Shown here: positions 48,419-57,707 of the stretch, one piece after another
How the letters are laid out: each line of letters begins with the position of its first letter
Numbering within the stretch: position 1 is the first letter of the stretch
NCBI GenBank assembly: GCA_022565155.1
Contig: JADFKB010000004.1
Location: forward strand, 267 to 64,266
Source: Chloroflexota bacterium
GTDB taxonomy: Bacteria > Chloroflexota > Dehalococcoidia > DSTF01 > RBG-16-68-14
DNA length: 64,000 bases
Reading direction: 5' to 3'
Made by a program: the position numbers and the translations under genes
Notes under the pieces: model-generated
What the model saw: only the letters and a program-made list of their open reading frames with translations
The model's database searches: none
Told to the model about the DNA's origin: nothing

Positions 48419-49329
48419 CCGCGGCCCAGCAGTCGAGCCGCATCGCAGGAGTAGCGCAGCGCTGGCTGCGGCGGCTGCCGGCGTATGCGGTACTGACGTT
48501 CTGCGCGGCGCTGCTCCTCTTCCCGCTCTATGTGACGGCGGTCTACAGCCTCCATCCGCTGACGGAGTTCCTAAACGAAGGCGTGCCCAGCCTCTGGCCG
48601 TCCAATCCGCAGTGGAGCAACTACTTCAAGAGCGGCAGCGGCGTCTCCAACACGCCGATCGGCCGCTTTCTCTTCAACAGCGTGGTGGTGGCGGTCGTGA
48701 TCACGGCTGCGCAACTCGTCACGGCGACGCTCTCGGCATACGCCTTCGCGTTCCTGCGCTTCCCCGGCCGCAACGTGCTCTTCGTGCTCTTTCTCGCGAC
48801 GATGATGGTGCCGCTGGAGGTCGCGATCATCCCGAACTTCCAGACGATACAGTGGCTCGACCACCACTTCCGCACACAGGCCTGGCTGAGCTGGACGCAG
48901 ATCACCTGGATCGATGGCTATCCGGGGCTGGTCGCGCCGTTCCTGGCGACAGGCTTCGGCACGTTCCTGCTGCGCCAGGCGTTCCTCAGCATCCCGGGTG
49001 AGCTGCGCGACGCTGCGGAGATGGACGGCTACGGCCACTGGCGGTTCCTCCTTTTCGTCGTCGTGCCGCTGGCGCGGGGGGCGCTGGCGACGCTGGCGAT
49101 CTTCGCCTTTCTCCAGGCCTGGAACCAGTACCTCTGGCCGCTGCTGGTCACCAACGACCCCGATATGCGGACGGTGCAGATCGGTATCGCCGCGGAGGCG
49201 AGCGATGTCAGCCGGATCAACATCGCCTTCGCCGGCACGATCACCGCGTTCCTGCCGATGCTGCTGCTCGTCGTCGTCTTCCAACGCTACCTCGTGCGCG
49301 GCCTCTTCGGCGGCTCCGTGAAGGGCTAG
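48415..49329 (+). CDS. ABC transporter permease (MalG/UgpE-like)
   Basis: EAA-like loop (…AAEMDGYGHWRFL…). ATGA overlap with the upstream permease. Confidence 0.9.
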   Translation: MTAAQQSSRIAGVAQRWLRRLPAYAVLTFCAALLLFPLYVTAVYSLHPLTEFLNEGVPSLWPSNPQWSNYFKSGSGVSNTPIGRFLFNSVVVAVVITAAQLVTATLSAYAFAFLRFPGRNVLFVLFLATMMVPLEVAIIPNFQTIQWLDHHFRTQAWLSWTQITWIDGYPGLVAPFLATGFGTFLLRQAFLSIPGELRDAAEMDGYGHWRFLLFVVVPLARGALATLAIFAFLQAWNQYLWPLLVTNDPDMRTVQIGIAAEASDVSRINIAFAGTITAFLPMLLLVVVFQRYLVRGLFGGSVKG

Positions 49330-49402
49330 AGCCGATCAGCGCAACCTCGTGCGCGGCGCATTTAGACGGCCCTGTGAAGGGCTAGTATCGTTCAGCTTCC
49401 GA

Positions 49403-49431
49403 TTGCTCGGCTGAAATACGCGTGGTATAGT
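49403..49431 (+). promoter_or_regulatory. promoter candidate TTGCTC-17-TATAGT upstream of rpsB
   Basis: Lies about 90 nt upstream of rpsB. A second TTGACA hexamer is at about 49448. Confidence 0.4.
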
Positions 49432-49523
49432 GATCTAGCCCTTTGAATTGACATATCGGCAGCTACGATAGGGAGCGAACCGCTTCCGCCGTCGGGTGGT
49501 AGCAGTAGGGCAGAGGAGCAGCT

Positions 49524-50282
49524 TTGGATACATCCGTGAGCATGAAGGCGCTGCTGGAAGCCGGAGTCCACTTTGGCCACCAGACCAGGCGTTGGAACCC
49601 CAAGATGCGCCCGTTCATCTTCACCGCGCGGAACGGCATCCACATCATCGATCTGCAGCAGACCGTGGGCCGTCTGGAAACGGCCACCGATTTCGTGCGC
49701 GATACCGTTGCGAATGGCCAGCAGATTCTTTTCGTAGGCACGAAGAAGCAGGCGCAAGCGACGATTGAAACAGAAGCCAAGCGCTGCTCCATGCCCTACG
49801 TGACCAATCGTTGGCTGGGCGGCACGCTGACCAACTTCGTTACAATTCAGGCCCGCTGCACCCACCTGCTGCGCCGGGAAGAGGCGCGCGAGCGCGGCGA
49901 CTACGACGTGCTGCACAAGAAAGAGGCGCTCAAAATCGATAAGGAGATCGATAAACTCAACCGGCACTTGAGCGGGATCAAAGAGATGCCGCGCCTGCCG
50001 GGCGCCGTCTTCATCATCGATCCGGACGCCGAGGATATCGCCGTTGCGGAGTCGCGGCGTGTGGGCGTGCCGATGATCGCGATGTGCGACACCAACTGCG
50101 ATCCCGACCTGATCGACTATCCGATCCCCTCCAACGACGACGCCATCCGCGCGATCAAGCTGATCACCGGTCGCATAGCAGATGCCGCGTTGGAGGGTCT
50201 GGCGCTGATGGGATACGAGGACGCGACGGAGGAACGGGAGCGGGAAGAGCAGGCGGCTGCGGCTGGGAAAGCAGCAGGATGA
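49524..50282 (+). CDS. rpsB: 30S ribosomal protein S2
   Basis: …[23 protein letters not shown]… TTG start with an AGAGGAG RBS. Confidence 0.95.
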   Translation: MDTSVSMKALLEAGVHFGHQTRRWNPKMRPFIFTARNGIHIIDLQQTVGRLETATDFVRDTVANGQQILFVGTKKQAQATIETEAKRCSMPYVTNRWLGGTLTNFVTIQARCTHLLRREEARERGDYDVLHKKEALKIDKEIDKLNRHLSGIKEMPRLPGAVFIIDPDAEDIAVAESRRVGVPMIAMCDTNCDPDLIDYPIPSNDDAIRAIKLITGRIADAALEGLALMGYEDATEEREREEQAAAAGKAAG

Positions 50283-50788
50283 GTGTAGCGATCTCCGCGG
50301 GGCTTGTGAAAGAGCTGCGTGACAAGACCGGCGCCGGCGTCATGGAGTGCAAGAACGCGCTTGATGAGGCGGGCGGCGACGTGGATAAGGCGATAGTGTT
50401 CCTGCAGGAGCGGGGTGTGGCGCTCGCGGAGAAGCGCCAAGGGCGCGAGACCAGCCAGGGCCTAGTCGAATGCTACATCCACGCCGGCGGGCGCATCGGC
50501 GCCATGGTGGAAGTGAACTGCGAGACTGACTTCGTCGCTCGCACAGACGACTTCAAGTCGCTGGTGCACGACCTGGCGATGCAGATCGCCGCGACCGGGC
50601 CGCTCTCCGTCTCGGACGAAGACCTGCCATCGGATGCAGAGGGCGACCCGGCAGAGCTCTGCCTGCTGAGTCAGTCCTTCATCAAAGACGACTCCCGCAC
50701 CATCGACCAAGTGGTGAAGGAAGTGATCGCGAAGACCGGCGAGAACATCCGCATCCGGCGTTTCTCGCGGTTCGAGCTCGGTCAGTAG
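50279..50788 (+). CDS. tsf: elongation factor Ts (short form)
   Basis: [21 protein letters not shown]-terminal motif. ATGA overlap with rpsB. Start refined inside track ORF 50084..50788. Confidence 0.88.
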   Translation: MSVAISAGLVKELRDKTGAGVMECKNALDEAGGDVDKAIVFLQERGVALAEKRQGRETSQGLVECYIHAGGRIGAMVEVNCETDFVARTDDFKSLVHDLAMQIAATGPLSVSDEDLPSDAEGDPAELCLLSQSFIKDDSRTIDQVVKEVIAKTGENIRIRRFSRFELGQ

Positions 50789-50801
50789 AAGGCGAACTCC
50801 C

Positions 50802-51545
50802 ATGGCCGAACGCGCGTATCGGCGCATCCTCTTGAAGGTGAGCGGCGAAGCGCTCATGGGCGATGCCCCCGGCGGCATCGATACGTCGACCGTTGCCCGT
50901 ATCGCCGACCAGATCCATGCTGCTCAGGCAACAGGCGTTCAGATCGCTATTGTCGTCGGCGGCGGCAACATCTTCCGAGGCATCCAGGCCGCAGCCGCAG
51001 GCATGGACCGCGCCACCGCCGACTACGGCGGCATGCTCGCTACGATCATCAACGCTATCGCCCTTCAGGACGCTCTGGAGAAGAGCGGCGCGACGGTGCG
51101 CACACAGTCCGCGATCAACGTCCAGCAGGTCGCGGAGCCGTATATCCGCCGGCGAGCGATCCGCCACCTGGAGAAAGGGCGCGTCGTCATCTTCGCCGCC
51201 GGCACCGGCAATCCCTACATGACGACAGACACGGCCGCCGCCCTGCGCGCCATCGAGATCAGCGCCGATACCCTGCTGATGGCGAAGCACGGCGCAGACG
51301 GCGTCTACGACAGCGACCCGAACAAGGACACAACAGCGAAGCGCTACGCATCGCTGACGTACATGGAGGCGATCAGCCGCCGGCTCGAAGTGATGGACAG
51401 TACGGCGCTCTCACTCTGCATGGAGAATGAGCTGCCGATCGTCGTCTTCGACCTGGCGGCGGAAGACAGCATCATCCGCGCCGTCAGCGGCGAACGCATC
51501 GGCACCTACATCGGCAGCGAGCAGAGCGTACCAGCGGGGGTGTGA
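50802..51545 (+). CDS. pyrH: UMP kinase
   Basis: [11 protein letters not shown]… and IVVGGGN motifs. Confidence 0.95.
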   Translation: MAERAYRRILLKVSGEALMGDAPGGIDTSTVARIADQIHAAQATGVQIAIVVGGGNIFRGIQAAAAGMDRATADYGGMLATIINAIALQDALEKSGATVRTQSAINVQQVAEPYIRRRAIRHLEKGRVVIFAAGTGNPYMTTDTAAALRAIEISADTLLMAKHGADGVYDSDPNKDTTAKRYASLTYMEAISRRLEVMDSTALSLCMENELPIVVFDLAAEDSIIRAVSGERIGTYIGSEQSVPAGV

Positions 51546-51551
51546 GCGGCG

Positions 51552-52124
51552 ATGTCTGACACAGCGATGATCGAAGAGACGTTGAAGGACGCCGAGCAGC
51601 GCATGGGCAAGGCGATCGACGCGCTCCGCCGCGATCTCTCGACGGTGCGCACGGGCCGCGCCAACCCCGCGTTGGTGGAAAGCCTGCGCGTCGACTACTA
51701 CGGCACACCGACGCCGCTTCAGCAGCTCGCCAGCGTTGGCGTGCCGGAGGCGCGGCTGCTGACGATTCAGCCCTACGACAAAGGATCGCTGGAGGCGATC
51801 GAGAAGGCGATCCAGAAGTCGGACCTCGGACTCAACCCGAACAACGACGGCACGATCATCCGCCTCGTCATCCCGCAGCTCACCGAAGATCGGCGCAAGG
51901 AGCTGGTGCGGGTGGTGCACAAGAAGGTGGAGGACGGCCGGGTATCGATCCGCAACGTTCGCCGCGACGCGCACGAGATGCTGCGCGACCTGCGCAAAGA
52001 GAAGGAGATCTCCGACGACCACGAGCACGACGCGCAGGAAGACCTTCAGAAGGTCACGGACAAGTTCGTCGGCCAGGCCAGCCAGATCGGTCAGGAGAAA
52101 GAAGAAGAGCTGCTAGAGGTCTAA
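51552..52124 (+). CDS. frr: ribosome recycling factor
   Basis: Full-length RRF similarity. Confidence 0.95.
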   Translation: MSDTAMIEETLKDAEQRMGKAIDALRRDLSTVRTGRANPALVESLRVDYYGTPTPLQQLASVGVPEARLLTIQPYDKGSLEAIEKAIQKSDLGLNPNNDGTIIRLVIPQLTEDRRKELVRVVHKKVEDGRVSIRNVRRDAHEMLRDLRKEKEISDDHEHDAQEDLQKVTDKFVGQASQIGQEKEEELLEV

Positions 52125-52134
52125 CGCCTCGCTC

Positions 52135-52914
52135 ATGGTAGTAGAACCCGCACCCCAAGATACGAAACTCCTCAAGATCGAGAATCTGCCGCAGCACGTC
52201 GCGATTATCATGGACGGCAACCGCCGCTGGGCGCGGAAGGAGGGGCTCTCGCGGCAGGCAGGCCACCGGGCGGGCACGGAGAACATTCGCCGCGTCATCC
52301 AGATCTTCGCCCGCTACAAAGTGCCGATCCTGACGCTCTTCGCCTTCTCCACCGAGAACTGGGTGCGGCCCAAGCGAGAGGTGAACGCCTTGATTCGCCT
52401 GATCGGCCACTTCATCGATCGCGAGCTGCAGGCGCTGCACGAGAACGGCGTTCGCCTGCGCCACCTGGGCAACCTCGATCCGCTCTCGCCGGCGTTGCAA
52501 GAGCGAGTAGAGGAAGCAGTAGAGGTGACGAAGAACAACGACCGCATCACCGTCAACGTCGCGTTCAACTACGGCGGTCGGACGGAGATCCTGGACGCCG
52601 TGCGCCGCATCGTAGCGGACGGGGTAGCGCCTGAGCGCATCGACGAGGCGCTCTTCTCCTCGTACCTCGCAACGGCCGGCCTGCCCGACACCGACCTGGT
52701 GATCCGCACCGCGGGCGAGTTGCGGCTCTCCAACTTCCTCCTCTGGCAATCCGCCTACGCCGAATACTACGCCACGCCCACCTACTGGCCGGACTTCGGC
52801 GTCGAGGAGATCGAACGGGCCCTCCTCGACTACAGCGAGCGCGAACGGCGCTTCGGCGGCGTGAGCGAGAAGGAATCGCTCCAAGCTGGCGGCGAGCGCG
52901 GGAACGCTCGCTAA
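52135..52914 (+). CDS. uppS: undecaprenyl diphosphate synthase (cis-prenyltransferase)
   Basis: HVAIIMDGNRRWA motif and cis-IPPS fold. Confidence 0.95.
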   Translation: MVVEPAPQDTKLLKIENLPQHVAIIMDGNRRWARKEGLSRQAGHRAGTENIRRVIQIFARYKVPILTLFAFSTENWVRPKREVNALIRLIGHFIDRELQALHENGVRLRHLGNLDPLSPALQERVEEAVEVTKNNDRITVNVAFNYGGRTEILDAVRRIVADGVAPERIDEALFSSYLATAGLPDTDLVIRTAGELRLSNFLLWQSAYAEYYATPTYWPDFGVEEIERALLDYSERERRFGGVSEKESLQAGGERGNAR

Positions 52915-52926
52915 CCTCCAACGCGT

Positions 52927-53715
52927 ATGCTCGCCCAACGGGTCGCGAGCGCAGCCGCAGGCCTCCCGCTACTAGTACTGCTGATCTGGGCCGGCGGACC
53001 CTGGTACACGGCCGCCGCCTGCCTCATCGTCCTCGTCGCCGCCTACGAGTTCCAGTCGCTCCGCCGCGACCGCACGATGGCGTTCGGGCTGCTGGTGGCG
53101 GGACTTGCCGCCGCGATCCCGGCAGGAGCGTTCGTCGGCAGCGATTGGGTGCTCTGGTTCATGCTGGGCGGAGTGCTGATTCCGCTCCTCTGGGTAACGC
53201 TGCTGTCCGGACCGGACGCGGCGCTGGGCGAATGGTCGCACGGCGTCGCCGGCGTCGCCTACGTTGGCCTGCTGGGCGCGCACTTCGTTCTGCTGCGGGA
53301 GCTGCCGGAAGGACGCGACTGGGTGTACCTGGCCATCTTCGGCACCTTCGCCGTCGATACGTTCGCCTACTTCACGGGCCGTACGCTGGGCCGGCGCAAG
53401 CTGGCGCCGGCGATCAGCCCAGGCAAGACGGTGGAAGGGACGTTGGGCGGTCTGGCCGGCGGCTTCGCCTTCGTTGTGCTGTTGAACTACTTCCTCGGCA
53501 TAGGACTGGAAGCCGCGCTGATCGTGCCGCTGGCGGTGCTGCTGCCGCTGGCCGCCGTGCTGGGCGATCTGGCCGAATCGATGATTAAGCGCGGCGCGCA
53601 CGCAAAGGACGCTGGCAGTATCCTCCCAGGCCACGGCGGCCTGCTGGACCGGCTCGATAGTCTGTTGTTCACCGTGCCGGTTGTATACTACTACCTGATC
53701 TGGGTTGTGCCGTAG
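52927..53715 (+). CDS. cdsA: phosphatidate cytidylyltransferase
   Basis: CTP_transf_1 membrane protein with a C-terminal signature region. Confidence 0.9.
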   Translation: MLAQRVASAAAGLPLLVLLIWAGGPWYTAAACLIVLVAAYEFQSLRRDRTMAFGLLVAGLAAAIPAGAFVGSDWVLWFMLGGVLIPLLWVTLLSGPDAALGEWSHGVAGVAYVGLLGAHFVLLRELPEGRDWVYLAIFGTFAVDTFAYFTGRTLGRRKLAPAISPGKTVEGTLGGLAGGFAFVVLLNYFLGIGLEAALIVPLAVLLPLAAVLGDLAESMIKRGAHAKDAGSILPGHGGLLDRLDSLLFTVPVVYYYLIWVVP

Positions 53716-53795
53716 AGCCGGTTCGCCAGTCCGCCGTCGGGCCGGACAGAGGTTTAGCTCTGTCCCTACAGAGCCAAGGAGAGAGGTCGAAGCTG

Positions 53796-53876
53796 ATGAG
53801 CAAGATATTGACCGCGCACCTGCAGGGGCGGCTGGCCGGCTCCAAGCCGCAGCGCTATCGATTGGTGGAAGCATGA
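53796..53876 (+). other. 26-codon upstream ORF (MSKILTAHLQGRLAGSKPQRYRLVEA) translationally coupled to dxr
   Basis: Strong RBS AAGGAGAGAGG 9 nt upstream. Its TGA overlaps the dxr ATG (ATGA). Preceded by a perfect 8-bp stem-loop (ggacagag-gtttag-ctctgtcc, about 53744..53765). Confidence 0.35.
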
Positions 53877-55015
53877 AGACGAAGCGGCTAGTTATTCTCG
53901 GCTCCACCGGCTCGATCGGCCGGCAGACGCTGGACGTCGTCCGCAGCCTGCGCGATCGATTCCAGGTAGTCGGCCTCTCCGCTGGCCGCAACGCGACGCT
54001 GCTGGAGGAGCAGGCGCGCGAGTTCCGGCCGCGCATGGTCTGGTGCGAGCGCGAGGAGGCGCGAACGTCGCTCGTGGCCGCTGGCGCGAGCTGGGTATCG
54101 CTGGAGGAGCAGGCCGCCCACCCCGACGCCGACCTCGTCGTCGTCGGCACCGTCGGTCGCGCCGGGCTGCTGCCGACGCTGGCCGCCCTGCGCGCCGGCA
54201 AGGCCGTGGTGCTGGCGAACAAGGAGGTGCTGGTGATGGCGGGGGCGCTGGTCACGCAGGCGGCGGCGCAGGGCGGCGGTGAGCTGCTGCCTGTCGATAG
54301 CGAGCACAGCGCGATCTGGCAGTGCCTCTGGGGCGAAGAGAGCGCGGCGGTGCGGCGGATCATCCTGACAGCCTCCGGCGGCGCCTTCCGCGACTACTCG
54401 GCGGACGAGTTGGCCCGCGTGACGCCGGAAGACGCGTTGCGCCACCCGACGTGGGAGATGGGCCGCAAGATCACGGTCGATTCCGCGACGCTGATGAACA
54501 AAGGCTTCGAGGCGATCGAGGCGCGCTGGCTCTTCGATCTGCCGCTGGAGCGTATCGACGTCGTGTTGCACCGCGAGAGCATCGTCCACTCGCTCGTCGA
54601 GTTCATCGATGGCTCGGTGAAGGCGCAGCTCGGTGAGCCGGACATGAAGCTGCCGATCCGCATCGCGCTCTGCTACCCGGAGCGCGTTGCTGAGGAGCGG
54701 GCGGCGCCGTTCGATCTCGTGCGCATCGGTGAGCTGCACTTCGCGGCGCCGGACCTGCGCCGCTTCCCCGCGCTGGGGCTGGCGCTGAAGGCCGGCCGTA
54801 TGGGCGGCACCTACCCTGCCGTGCTCGCCGCCGCCGATGAGGCAGCCGTCGCGCACTTCCTCGATGGCCACCTGCGCTTCAGCGAGATCGCCATTCTGCT
54901 GGACGAAGCGCTGTCGGCTCATCGCAGTGCGGCCGATACCGATCTAGAGGCCGTGCTGGAGGCCGACGCCTGGGGGCGCGCCTACGCCGATGAGTGGGTG
55001 CGCGCGAAGGTGTGA
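53873..55015 (+). CDS. dxr: 1-deoxy-D-xylulose 5-phosphate reductoisomerase
   Basis: LGSTGSIG NADPH motif. Start refined to ATG (MKTKRLVILG…) inside track ORF 53705..55015. Confidence 0.95.
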   Translation: MKTKRLVILGSTGSIGRQTLDVVRSLRDRFQVVGLSAGRNATLLEEQAREFRPRMVWCEREEARTSLVAAGASWVSLEEQAAHPDADLVVVGTVGRAGLLPTLAALRAGKAVVLANKEVLVMAGALVTQAAAQGGGELLPVDSEHSAIWQCLWGEESAAVRRIILTASGGAFRDYSADELARVTPEDALRHPTWEMGRKITVDSATLMNKGFEAIEARWLFDLPLERIDVVLHRESIVHSLVEFIDGSVKAQLGEPDMKLPIRIALCYPERVAEERAAPFDLVRIGELHFAAPDLRRFPALGLALKAGRMGGTYPAVLAAADEAAVAHFLDGHLRFSEIAILLDEALSAHRSAADTDLEAVLEADAWGRAYADEWVRAKV

Positions 55016-55055
55016 CGGTCTCCCTCAGACTGAACCGCGATAGAAGCTGTAGGCC

Positions 55056-55094
55056 CGGGTCTTCACCTGCCCGCCGGCAGGCGGGGACCCGGCA
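55056..55094 (+). terminator. long imperfect GC-rich hairpin between dxr and rseP
   Basis: cccgggtcttcacctgcccgccggcaggcggggacccgg. No U-tract; a terminator or attenuator candidate only. Confidence 0.25.
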
Positions 55095-55187
55095 AAGTTC
55101 TCAAGGTAAGACAGACCGCCATCATTAGCCCCCGCCGCCGCCTGTGCGATTGCCGGCCTTCATGCGTTACCATAAGAACAGCTAGCT

Positions 55188-56438
55188 ATGTCTGTAATTC
55201 TGACCTCCGTCCTGCCCTTCCTGGCGATTATCGTCGTGCTCATCGTCATCCACGAACTGGGCCACTACATCACCGGCAGGCTGGCCGGCGTGAAGGTGCT
55301 GGAGTTTGGGTTGGGCTACCCGCCCCGCCTCTTCGGCATAAAACGCGGCGAGACCGAGTACACCATCAACGCGATCCCGCTGGGCGGTTTCGTCCGGCTG
55401 CTGGGAGAAGAGGACCCGGGCGACCCGCGCAGCCTGGCCGCCAAGCCGCGCTGGGTGCGGCTGGTCGTTCTCGGCTCCGGCGCGGCGATGAACGTCGCGC
55501 TGGCGATCTTCCTCTTCGCGCTCGCCGTCACCATCCCGCGCGAGGTCGACATCAGCCGCGCCCGCATCGCAGAGGTCGTGCCGAACAGCCCGGCGGAAGA
55601 GGCGGGATTGCAAACGGGCGACGTCATCTTCAAAATCGATGGCCGCGATGTGCAGAACATCTCACAGCTGAGCTATCGCATTCGCCTCAACCTCGGCAAC
55701 ACGATCGATGTGACCGTGCTCCGGTCGGGCGGAACGGACGGCGGCGAGTTCATTACCCTGCCGGTGTTCGCTCGCTGGTCGACCGATGTCTACATCGACG
55801 CGGACGGCATCGAGCGGCCCCAGGGCCCGACGGGCATCACGATCAGCCCGTCCTACGGCTCGATCCAGCCGGTCTCGCTAGACGAGCAGGAAGAACTCAG
55901 ACTGCTCTTGCTGGAAGACCTCGGCTTATCGGCGGCCGACGAGTTGCCGCCCGGCGAAAGCGTGCCGACGACGCGGCTCGTTCCGTTCAGCGAACGGCAG
56001 TGGAACCCGCCCTGGGAGGCGATTCCGCTAGGCATCGAACGTTCATACGAGTCCCTGGTCCTGGCCCGCGCGGAGATCGAATCGCGCATCCGGGGCGGCA
56101 TCGCCGGCTCCCAGGGCGGGTTCCAGGTGACGGGCCCGGTCGGCATCGCGCAGCTCACCGGCGAGGTCGTCGAGGTAGCGGGCTGGGTGTCGCTGATCGA
56201 GTTCGCGGCGCTGATCAGCATGAACCTGGCGGTGCTGAACATCCTGCCGCTGCCGATGCTGGACGGCGGACGCATCACCTTCGTCCTGATCGAGTTCGTC
56301 CGCCGCGGCAAGCGCATCGCCCCCCAGAAGGAGGCGATCGTCCACCTCGTCGGCTTGGTGGCGATGCTCACCTTCGCGGTGATCATCACCTACTTCGACC
56401 TGGTGCGCATCTTCTCCGGCGAGGGGATTATCCGCTAA
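55188..56438 (+). CDS. rseP: RIP site-2 metalloprotease RseP (M50, PDZ)
   Basis: HELGH zinc motif in TM1, PDZ domain, and a C-terminal LDGG motif. Confidence 0.9.
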   Translation: MSVILTSVLPFLAIIVVLIVIHELGHYITGRLAGVKVLEFGLGYPPRLFGIKRGETEYTINAIPLGGFVRLLGEEDPGDPRSLAAKPRWVRLVVLGSGAAMNVALAIFLFALAVTIPREVDISRARIAEVVPNSPAEEAGLQTGDVIFKIDGRDVQNISQLSYRIRLNLGNTIDVTVLRSGGTDGGEFITLPVFARWSTDVYIDADGIERPQGPTGITISPSYGSIQPVSLDEQEELRLLLLEDLGLSAADELPPGESVPTTRLVPFSERQWNPPWEAIPLGIERSYESLVLARAEIESRIRGGIAGSQGGFQVTGPVGIAQLTGEVVEVAGWVSLIEFAALISMNLAVLNILPLPMLDGGRITFVLIEFVRRGKRIAPQKEAIVHLVGLVAMLTFAVIITYFDLVRIFSGEGIIR

Positions 56439-56720
56439 CTCTGCGCTTCTCGTTCTGCGCCGATACTCCTCACGTGTTCTGACTTACCCTGTTAATTGAT
56501 AAATCTGGGGCAGGGGGTTAGACTGGCTTTACCATAAGGGTTTGAGGGTTGAGGTTGGCGAATCATGGACGATCTGAGCAGTCACTTTCCGCAAGCTAGG
56601 ATATCCGAGTTTACTGGTGAGACGCTTCGCTCCGCCCGCGCAGCTACCGGTACGTAGCGGCGAGGGATGATTGAGTTCGCCGAAACTACTATCGCATAGC
56701 GCATAGTAAGGAGGTGTGGC

Positions 56721-57401
56721 GTGTACAAGAAGGCTGGACAGATAACGGCCTCTGTCGTAGTAGTTGCTGTCGTGGGGGTAGCCGCGTTCTTTATCGCCAG
56801 CCGCTTCGCAGGGGGCGACGCGAGCGGTCAAGCGACGCAGGGTGACAACACGTTCTTCCAGGAACTTCGTGACAGGCTGGAGCCGACAATTCAAGCGGAT
56901 CAGGCGTTGCCTCCTGCTCGCGGGCAGTATGGCGATTTCGTGTTGGTGGGGATGGACCCATCGGAGCCAAGGATTGAAGCCTCATGTCCTCCCTCATCTG
57001 ACGGCCCCGTTGATGACACGGAACGTGTCCAGCGGTCTGAGCTCTACTCGCCGGCCTTCGGCGATAGCGCGCAAGCGTACGAGTGCGCGGACGGCACGAT
57101 CTACGGTATCGCGGGACATATTCAGCACGAGGTGGATGTTACGGAGTTCGGACTTGGGTACTTCGTCGGCGAACCGCTCGTTCGGCTGGAGGCTCCTCGC
57201 GAGCGCCTCGAACTAACGACAATCGGAGGGCGTCCGGCGCTCATTGAGCATGGCCTTGATGTATCGCCGTTCCCGGCGCAGACCAGGATCTTCGTCATTG
57301 AGCGGGCTCCAAGCGCGCAGCAGCCGGGGATCATGCTCACGGTTTACACGCCGAACGGCGTGGAGGAGGGGATCATGCTGGCCGAGGAGATGATGCGCTG
57401 A
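56721..57401 (+). CDS. hypothetical membrane-anchored protein
   Basis: GTG start with an AAGGAGG RBS. One N-terminal TM helix then a 190-aa extracytoplasmic region. No recognised motif. Confidence 0.55.
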   Translation: MYKKAGQITASVVVVAVVGVAAFFIASRFAGGDASGQATQGDNTFFQELRDRLEPTIQADQALPPARGQYGDFVLVGMDPSEPRIEASCPPSSDGPVDDTERVQRSELYSPAFGDSAQAYECADGTIYGIAGHIQHEVDVTEFGLGYFVGEPLVRLEAPRERLELTTIGGRPALIEHGLDVSPFPAQTRIFVIERAPSAQQPGIMLTVYTPNGVEEGIMLAEEMMR

Positions 57402-57707
57402 GGCGGCTCGACCTCAACAAGCCCAGCACCTGGGCTGCCGCAGCCCTCTCCCTCCTCACGTTCATAGGGTTCTTTTATGGCTTCTTGACGTTAGCTGGCG
57501 GCGGGATCTTCATCGTGGCCATTTCGATGCTTCCCTGGATCGGTCTCGTGATCTACACTCGCAAAACCAGAGCCGTCGTCTGGATCGGCGCCGCGCCCAT
57601 TCTCATCTACGGACTCCTTCTGGTAGCTACCCTCATCCTTAGCCCCTTACTCTAGGGTAAGGGCGCTGCTTTCCCCCTCTTCCCCTTCGCGCTAAGCTGT
57701 AGTCGCT

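Noticed and set aside
50279-50788. tsf appearing too short (169 aa), hence a possible pseudogene
   Set aside because: Short-form EF-Ts proteins are known. The N-terminal motif and ATGA coupling to rpsB are intact and there are no internal stops.
52054-54922. 294-aa, 463-aa and 344-aa ORFs on - strand
   Set aside because: Antisense to uppS, cdsA and dxr respectively; artefacts of high GC.
56439-56720. Possible tRNA or small ncRNA in the 280-bp gap after rseP
   Set aside because: No GTTCRANYC T-loop, cloverleaf, or convincing terminator found by eye. Only composition is unusual.
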